Assembly: GCA_963769025.1 (NCBI GenBank)
Contig: CAVYKI010000009.1
Span: 1,184,001-1,248,000 of the forward strand
Direction: 5' to 3'
From: an uncultured Verrucomicrobiae bacterium
Lineage (GTDB): Bacteria > Verrucomicrobiota > Verrucomicrobiia > Chthoniobacterales > Chthoniobacteraceae
Length of the DNA: 64,000 bases
Part shown: piece after piece, positions 57,756 through 64,000 of the stretch
How the letters are laid out: each line of letters begins with the position of its first letter
How positions within the stretch are numbered: position 1 is the first letter of the stretch
The notes under the pieces: model-generated
Database searches by the model: none
Seen by the model: only the letters and a program-made list of their open reading frames with translations
Told to the model about the DNA's origin: nothing
Made by a program: the position numbers and the translations under genes

Positions 57756-58122
57756 TCAGGCCTCAAACGGATTGATGAGTCGCAGCCCGCTGACGTGTTT
57801 GAAGTCGTCCACGTTCCGCGTCACCAGTTCCAAGCCATGCACCAGGGCCGTAGCGGCGATGATGGCGTCCGCTAGTGCCCATCCTGCTTTCCTGCCGCAA
57901 CGCGATGGCCCGATCGATGACCGCCGTATCCAGCGGATGCACCGTCAGGCGGCGAAACAAAATGTCGAGCGCGGCTTTCTCCTCCGGTTTCAGCCCCGTG
58001 AACCCATACACCTCGATCGGTGTGACGCTGGCCACCCCATTGTCCCCGGAGACCACCAGCGCCTCGATTTCCGGCACGGTCTGGTTCGCTGCGTAAATCA
58101 GAATGTTGCTGTCCAGGAGCAT
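57756..58122 (-). CDS. vapC: PIN-domain toxin (frameshift near 57876)
   Basis: MLLDSNILIY, IEV, then DAIIAATALVHGLELVTRNVDDF in the shifted frame. Confidence 0.88.
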
Positions 58123-58125
58123 CGC

Positions 58126-58386
58126 TCAATCCCGGCCCGGCATCGGACGGTCTTTGCGGATTTCCCGCTGCCAGGCCACGGGGTCGGTGATCTCCTTGAA
58201 CGTGCCCATCTCCCGCAACCGCTTGAGCGCGGCCAGCGCCGCCTCCCGCGTCGGTCGTTCGCTTTCCTCGGACGCAGCTTCGATGGTGGCCGTCACTTTC
58301 AACTTGGAATTGCGCAACTCTGCCGGCAGCGGCAGATGCACCGTGCCATCGGCGTCGGCTTCCAAAATCGCGGTGATCGTGCTCAC
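58126..58386 (-). CDS. Antitoxin paired with VapC
   Basis: 86 aa directly upstream of vapC; AbrB-like ADGTVHLPLP N-terminus and DPVAWQREIR C-terminus. Confidence 0.75.
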   Translation of the reverse strand: MSTITAILEADADGTVHLPLPAELRNSKLKVTATIEAASEESERPTREAALAALKRLREMGTFKEITDPVAWQREIRKDRPMPGRD

Positions 58387-58392
58387 GCAAAG

Positions 58393-58421
58393 AGATTACC
58401 CCGGCGCGTGCCCTGCGTAAA
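58393..58421 (-). promoter_or_regulatory. Putative sigma70 promoter of the TA operon (leaderless)
   Basis: TTTACG-N17-TAATCT, 6 nt before the GTG start; no Shine-Dalgarno. Confidence 0.45.
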
Positions 58422-58497
58422 GCCGCGACTCGCCCGCTTTCTCGTTCCAATCGCGCTCCAAGGCTCCCAGTCCTCGGCTTGCGGAGGCGTCTGCCAA

Positions 58498-61400
58498 TTA
58501 CCCTTTGAGAACCTTCTCCCGCCACCGCCGCACGCTGCTCAGGTCCAGCCGTTCGCCTTTGAACTCGATCTGCTTCACCGGCTTCGTCCCGTTCGCGCTT
58601 TCGCGTTGGAGCACGCTCGATGATTTCCATCCAGCGCACGTCGGCGAATTCCAGCTTCGTCACTGCCGATCGCGCGCTCGTCGTCCTCCGAGAAGGTGCC
58701 GATCACCAGCATCACCGGATGCGGCTGCTGGATCCACGTCTTCACCCAGCGCTGCTTCTTGATCGTGAAAACCTCCGCGCCGTCGGTCTTGCGCTTCGTG
58801 AGGTGGGAATTGCCGGACTTGAGTTGCAGGTAGAGGCCGGCGTGCCGATGCCGTTCGCCGTCGTCATTGGTGAACTCGAGCTCAGCATATCCAGCCCGTC
58901 GTCCTCCGTCCGCCGGAATCTCGAAGCACTTCTGATCGGCGCTGGTGATGCGCGCGCCGACCTCCAGCGCCAGCAGCTTCCCGCGTCGGCGGGTACTCCA
59001 GCTTCGCGAGATCATCGGCCTGCAGTTGCTCGACCTGCGCGCGCACCGCGTCGCTGGCAAACTTCTTCTCCAGCGCATCCCACAGCGGGAAGCGCTCGCC
59101 GCAGTCGTCGCATTCCGTGTCGGCGTTCTGCTTTTCGCGCAGCAGCTTCTTCATCAGCACCTCGGGATTGCCTTTCGGCGCGTGACACTTCGGGCAGACG
59201 TAGTGCCGGAGCCGTTGCGCCTGTTCGCAGGAGGTCTGGAGGTGCGCGTGGATGTAGTTGGCAAAGATCACCTGCTCCTGCTGCGTCACGCCCTTGCCGA
59301 AATAGACGCTGATGTCCCCGTCGCTGCCGCTCTCGCGCGTGAGCTTGAGGCCCATGTGATGATCGCCCGCGAGCGTCACGAAGTCCGCGGCGTCGCGCCA
59401 GAGTTCCTTGAGTTGTGAAGGACTCGCTGTCCGCCAGCTTCACCACCAGCGTCGCGTAGATGTCGTCGAGAAAGCCCTTCACCGCGTAGCTCACGAAGAC
59501 CGACGGATGCTCCAGCACCGCCGGGCGGTCGCGTCCGCAATGGCTCGGGAAGACGAGCTTGTCGCCCTGGCGCAGGCAGAGGCCGCGCTGCTCCAGTTGC
59601 CGCTCCATCTCGCCCAGCACCACGCGCTCCTCGGCGGGCGGCAGGCGCTTCATCTCCACGGGAGCGCCGTCGCGCCCGATGCTCTGGTAGATCAGCTTCC
59701 CTTCCGCGATGCTGCGCAGCGGCAGCACGCCGAGATCGTTCTCCGCGCTGCGCAGGGTGCGAATCACGGCTTGCGCGTAGGCATTGATCCACTCCGGCGC
59801 GAGCAGGATGTAGGTGCCGTAGTCGAGTTCCTTCACCACGCCGGGACCGTCCAGCAGGCCGATCACCGTCTGCAAGGTCTCGTCCGTGAAGCGCGGTTCG
59901 TCCGGCAGGCGCCGCCAGAGCAGTTCGCGCAGTTCCTTGAAGGTGTGCAGCACCTGCCCTTCGTCCCGCAGCTTCAGGATCTCGTCCTTGATCAGTTTGA
60001 AAATGCGCGGCGACGTGCGCTTCTCCATCTGCGCCCAGGATGCCGGCGATCATGGCCGCGCGCAGTTCGTCGCAGCCGGTGCCGTCCTTCGCGCTCGTCT
60101 CATGGTAGGCGAGCCCCTGTTCCTTCGCAAAGGCTTGCAGCTTTCCCCGGCTCGCCTTGAAGCCGGTATCGATCCGCCCGGCCACGAGGAAGTGCGAAAT
60201 CTTCTCCTTCACGCTGCGCCGCAGAGCCGTCTGCCAGTCGCGCAGACCGGGCAGGACATCCTCTTGGTCCGCATTGAACAGTAGCAGGATGAGTGCGGTG
60301 CGATCCATGTAGAGCTGGTGAATGAGGCGTTGATCCGCCTGCCCGCCGAAATCCCATAGCCAGATGTCCCGTTCTACACCTTGCTCCACACTGGCGGCCT
60401 TGAGTTGCCACTGCGTGGACCACGCGCCAACCGTGGAGTCTTCACTCGGCTTCCATTCGCCGGTGGCGAGACGGTGCGTCAACCCGGTCTTGCCCGAGTG
60501 AGTATCGCCGACCAGGAGGACTTTGGCGTTGGTATATTCAATTTGGTCGCGCCAGAGAGGTAGGTCGTACGCGCGAGATGCGGACGCTCGTGCTTCAGCA
60601 GTTAATTCTTCCAAATCCCACACCCTAATTCCTCCGCGCTTGTCGCCGGAGAACGCGTAGCGTTGTTCTGCGCTCCACGCCACGATGCGGATTTCGTGTT
60701 TGTGACCTCTGAGCACTAGCAAACAGCGGCCAGTCTCGATATCCCAAAGGCGCACGGTGTTATCTGACGAACCAGACAATGCACGGCTCGCATCGCTGTT
60801 CAAAGCCAAGCTCGTAACTCGATTCGCATGGCCTTCGAGCACACGTAAACATCGCGCCGAGTCCGCCTCCCAAACACGAATAGTTCTATCGTGTGAACCG
60901 GACAATATGAGACGTTGATCGGCACTCCACGCTATACTCCGAACCTGACCAGTATGGCCTCCAAACACGCGAAGACACTCTCCGGTCTCAATGTCCCATT
61001 GGCGCACACTGTGGTCGTCAGAGCATGACAAGCCGCGGCGCTGGTCAGCACTCCACATTACACGCCAAACTAGAGAATAGTGTCCTTCAAACACGCGAAG
61101 ACATTGGCCTGTCTCAATATCCCATAGCCGCATCGTGCCATCGTCCGAGCCCGAAAGTGCGCGAGCGTTGTCCGCGCTCCACTCGGCGTGCCGAACCGCG
61201 TTTGTGTGACCCTGAAAGACTCGATTACGTCTCCGTGAATTAAAATCCCACATTCGCATGGTCTTGTCCGAAGAGCATGTGAGAATACGCCGCTGGTCAT
61301 TGCTCAGGGCGACACTGTTCACACGACTAGCATGGCCTCTGAAAGTAAGGAGGCACAATCCCGTCTTCGCATCCCAAAGCCGCGCTATGTTCTCAGTCCC

Positions 61401-61925
61401 ACCTGTTAGCGCGTGGTTACCGCTTGGGCTGAACACAAACGCTAAAAGCCTCCCCTTCGATCGAAGCTGGACGGCATTTGCCTCAACCTCCTCCTCCTCT
61501 TCCGTCGGCATCGTAGGAGGCGGCCGGCACGCTTCGAGGAGCTTCACATATTCCTGCTCGCGCTCTGCCGGGCGCCAGTTGATGTAAAGGAATTGCGCCA
61601 GGGAGCCTTTGATGGGGGCGTCGTCGAGGCGCAGGGGAAGGAAGCGGCGCTCCTTGTTCAGCGGGTCGCGAAAGCGGAACGTGCCGGACTCCAACTGCGC
61701 CCAGTCCGAGCCGAACGCATTCGCCGACATGCAGAGCACGAGCACGCGGGAGCGCTCCAGCCCTTCCTCGATCTTCGCCGGAATGCTGTCGCCGGGCCGG
61801 ATCTCCCATTCATCGAACCACACCCGCAGCCCGTCCTTCCTCAGCCGCTCCGCCACGTCGCGCACGACCGGCTTGTCCTTCGCGCTGTGGCTCAGGAAGA
61901 CGTCGTAGGGGAAATCCTCAGGCAT
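58498..61925 (-). CDS. TIR-WD40-Roc/COR-Zn ribbon-DUF4365-like nuclease multidomain protein (several frameshifts in the 3' half)
   Basis: TIR YDVFLSH...SDWAQLE; 7 WD40 blades; Roc GDTHSGKT, WDFGGQ, ETSAK; COR LAPEWINAY, LVFPS; CPKC/CDDC; DDGLD..LEF...LYLQLKSGNS; stop TAA at 58498-58500. Confidence 0.85.
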
Positions 61926-62184
61926 AAGGCGGTGGCATTTGGGACGGCGAGGACTGCGCGGCGTTTACATTTGCCGCTGCGTCCGCTGCGCCGCCGGGTG
62001 CTGTCTCGTGTGTCATGCCGCGTGGGAGGATGGAGATTCGCCGCGGAGGATGCACGATCGCGGGAAGCGAGGCGAGGAGGAAAAGCAGGACTTGGATTCG
62101 AGTGGAACGAAAAGCCTGCCGCAGGCAGCCCGAAGGGCAGCGCCGGAGGGCGCTGGCAAGCTTGGAGACGCGGGACTGGAGAGT

Positions 62185-62469
62185 TCACCAGCGGCGCGCC
62201 CCTTGCCGGGCGAAGGGCGGGCGGCGGCAGATGACTACGGTGACGGCTTCCAGCGCGGCGGCGAGGCGGTTCTCGACGCAGAGCTTGTCGAGGATGCGGC
62301 GGACGTGGGTGGAGACGGTGAAGTTGCGGAGGTCCATGATGCCGGCGATTTCGGGGTCGGTCTTGGCGTGGAGGATCCATCGCAGCACTTCGCCCTCGCT
62401 CGGGGTGAGCAGGGGGAATGAATCGCGGAGGGTGACGGGCGTGAGTTCGTAGGGAGCGGGAATTTTCAT
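62185..62469 (-). CDS. Stand-alone LuxR-type helix-turn-helix regulator
   Basis: LTPSEGEVLRWILHAKTDPEIAGIMDLRNFTVSTHVRRILDKLCVENR. Confidence 0.85.
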   Translation of the reverse strand: MKIPAPYELTPVTLRDSFPLLTPSEGEVLRWILHAKTDPEIAGIMDLRNFTVSTHVRRILDKLCVENRLAAALEAVTVVICRRPPFARQGARRW

Positions 62470-62838
62470 GGCACAGCCATTTCAGATAGCGTGCCAAGTG
62501 GCATCCGTAGGTCTCGGTATGGTGGGAAGAAGGGCCGGGTGCCAGCATCCGCGCCATGAAACGGAGTAAGCCGCACACTTCTCTCGCCGCCACTGGCGGC
62601 AATGCGTGTTCCCTCCACAGCACGGCGGCCGTGTTCAGGCGCGGCGGATGGCGCGGGCCGGGACATGTGGTGGTGGGCGGTGACACCTTCCGTGGCATGG
62701 GGACGTCAGTCATGGCTGTCTATTTTCAGGGGAAGGAGTGGCAAATGACTGCCACGGGCGTCGCTGCGGGGGCAGGACGCCTGCTTGGTTCGGAAACTGC
62801 ATTCCGTCCGATGCGCGGGGGCCTTTCCGAACCCGCAG

Positions 62839-63258
62839 CAACAGTTGCCGGAGCATGGGGGAGACTCCTCCGGCCTTGGACAACACTTGCCGGAGCATGG
62901 GGGAGACTCCCCCGGCCTTGGACAACACTTGCCGGAGCTTGGGGGAGACTCCCCCGGCCTTGGACAACACTTGCCGGAGCATGGGGGAGACTCCCCCGGC
63001 CTTGGGCAACACTTGCCGGAGCATGGGGGCGACTCCTCCGGCCTTGGACAACACTTGCCGGAGCATGGGGGAAACTCTCCCGGCCTTGGACAACACTTGC
63101 CGGAGCATGGGGGAGACTCCCCCGGCCTTGGACAACACTTGCCGGAGCATGGGGGAGACTCCCCCGGCCTTGGGCAACACTTGGTGGCGCCTGGGGGAGA
63201 CTCCTTCACCTCCGGACAACAGTTGGCACAGCTTTGGGGAGGCTCCTTTGCCTCGGAA
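62839..63258. repeat. 42-bp tandem repeat: 8 near-identical plus 2 degenerate units
   Basis: Unit CAACACTTGCCGGAGCATGGGGGAGACTCCCCCGGCCTTGGA at 62839, 62881, 62923, 62965, 63007, 63049, 63091, 63133; degenerate at 63175 and 63217. Confidence 0.97.
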
Positions 63259-63305
63259 AACGCCTGTTTTCCGGCTTGGCCGCCCTGATTACCCCCGCGC
63301 CCGCG

Positions 63306-64000
63306 ATGGCGGCGTGGGATGAAGGGGCCTGGGATGATGGATTCTGGGACACGCCGACGCCGCCCGCCTTTCCGCTGATTCCGCAGGCCAAAAAACCAAC
63401 CAACCGAAAAACCATGGCTACAAACCCAACCCCCGATGACGATGACGTGCTCATCTCCCTGACCGAAGAACTCGCCGACGGCTGCCACCTGCACGAGGTG
63501 GCCCTCGGCATCAAGCAACAGACCGAGGCGGTCATGCGCGCCGGCCTGCTGGCGTCCAAGACCGCCCTCCTGGGCCTCGGCGCCGCGCGCGTGCTGGTGG
63601 ACCAGAAGAACGACCTCTTCCAGGCGGCGGACGCCGCGGGCGAGACCGTGCTGAAGAACTGCCGCCTGCGGCTGGTGAAACTCTTCGGCACGCAATACAA
63701 CTCCAACTGGCAGGCCGCGGGCTGGCCCGACCAGTCCACGAAAATCCCGCTCAGCCAGGACAAGCGCCTGACGCTGCTCGGCGCGCTGGATCTCTACTTC
63801 ACCGCCAATCCCTCCGCGGAGAGCGAGGACATGGACGCGACCGCCGCCATCTGCCACACCGCGCACGAGGCCATCAGCGATGCGCGGGGCGCGGTGAATG
63901 TGGCGGATTCCGGAGTGACGACGGCGAAGAACACGCTGACGAGCACGATGAAGACCCTGCGCAAGCGGGTGCGCGGCCTCATCGTGGAACTGGGCACGCT
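63306..64000 (+). CDS. Hypothetical helical protein, partial; resembles the N-terminal part of PVC proteins that end in a fibronectin type III domain
   Basis: Open frame from ATG 63306 (or 63414, MATNPTPDD...) to the window end with strong GC3 bias; YNSNWQAAGW motif. The Fn3 call is recalled resemblance; that domain is not inside the window. Confidence 0.7.
   Translation, partial: MAAWDEGAWDDGFWDTPTPPAFPLIPQAKKPTNRKTMATNPTPDDDDVLISLTEELADGCHLHEVALGIKQQTEAVMRAGLLASKTALLGLGAARVLVDQKNDLFQAADAAGETVLKNCRLRLVKLFGTQYNSNWQAAGWPDQSTKIPLSQDKRLTLLGALDLYFTANPSAESEDMDATAAICHTAHEAISDARGAVNVADSGVTTAKNTLTSTMKTLRKRVRGLIVELGT

Noticed and set aside
57570..62200. Integron cassette array (TA + TIR gene)
   Set aside because: No attC-like RYYYAAC...GTTRRRY sites were found at gene ends, and there is no intact integrase.
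62839..63258. CRISPR array
   Set aside because: Units are contiguous and near-identical with no unique spacers, and there are no cas genes in the window.

Overview
High-GC bacterial chromosome segment. Gene content and order suggest Verrucomicrobiota, Chthoniobacter-like (inference). It is mostly housekeeping and envelope genes: rsmD, trmB, comEC, alpha-2-macroglobulin + pbpC, carB, a type IV pilus/T2SS cluster with two PilB-like ATPases, pilT and pilC, an arylsulfatase, tRNA-Gln(CTG), mfd, panC, nadB, purQS and glcD. Many genes at 5-34 kb and 51-60 kb carry small indels; since even carB is hit several times, these are best read as sequencing or assembly errors. Three things stand out. (1) An accessory region at 57-64 kb holds a vapBC pair, a large TIR-WD40-Roc/COR-Zn ribbon-PD-(D/E)xK (DUF4365-like) protein with a compositionally foreign WD40 block, a solo LuxR HTH gene, a 42-bp tandem array and a gene with a Trp-Asp leader. 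(2) Two unrelated 42-bp-period arrays share one geometry: two pseudo-palindromic boxes centred 21 bp apart. In the array behind tRNA-Gln the boxes flip orientation without losing phase. (3) Short palindromic repeat elements sit in frame inside mfd and a radical SAM gene.
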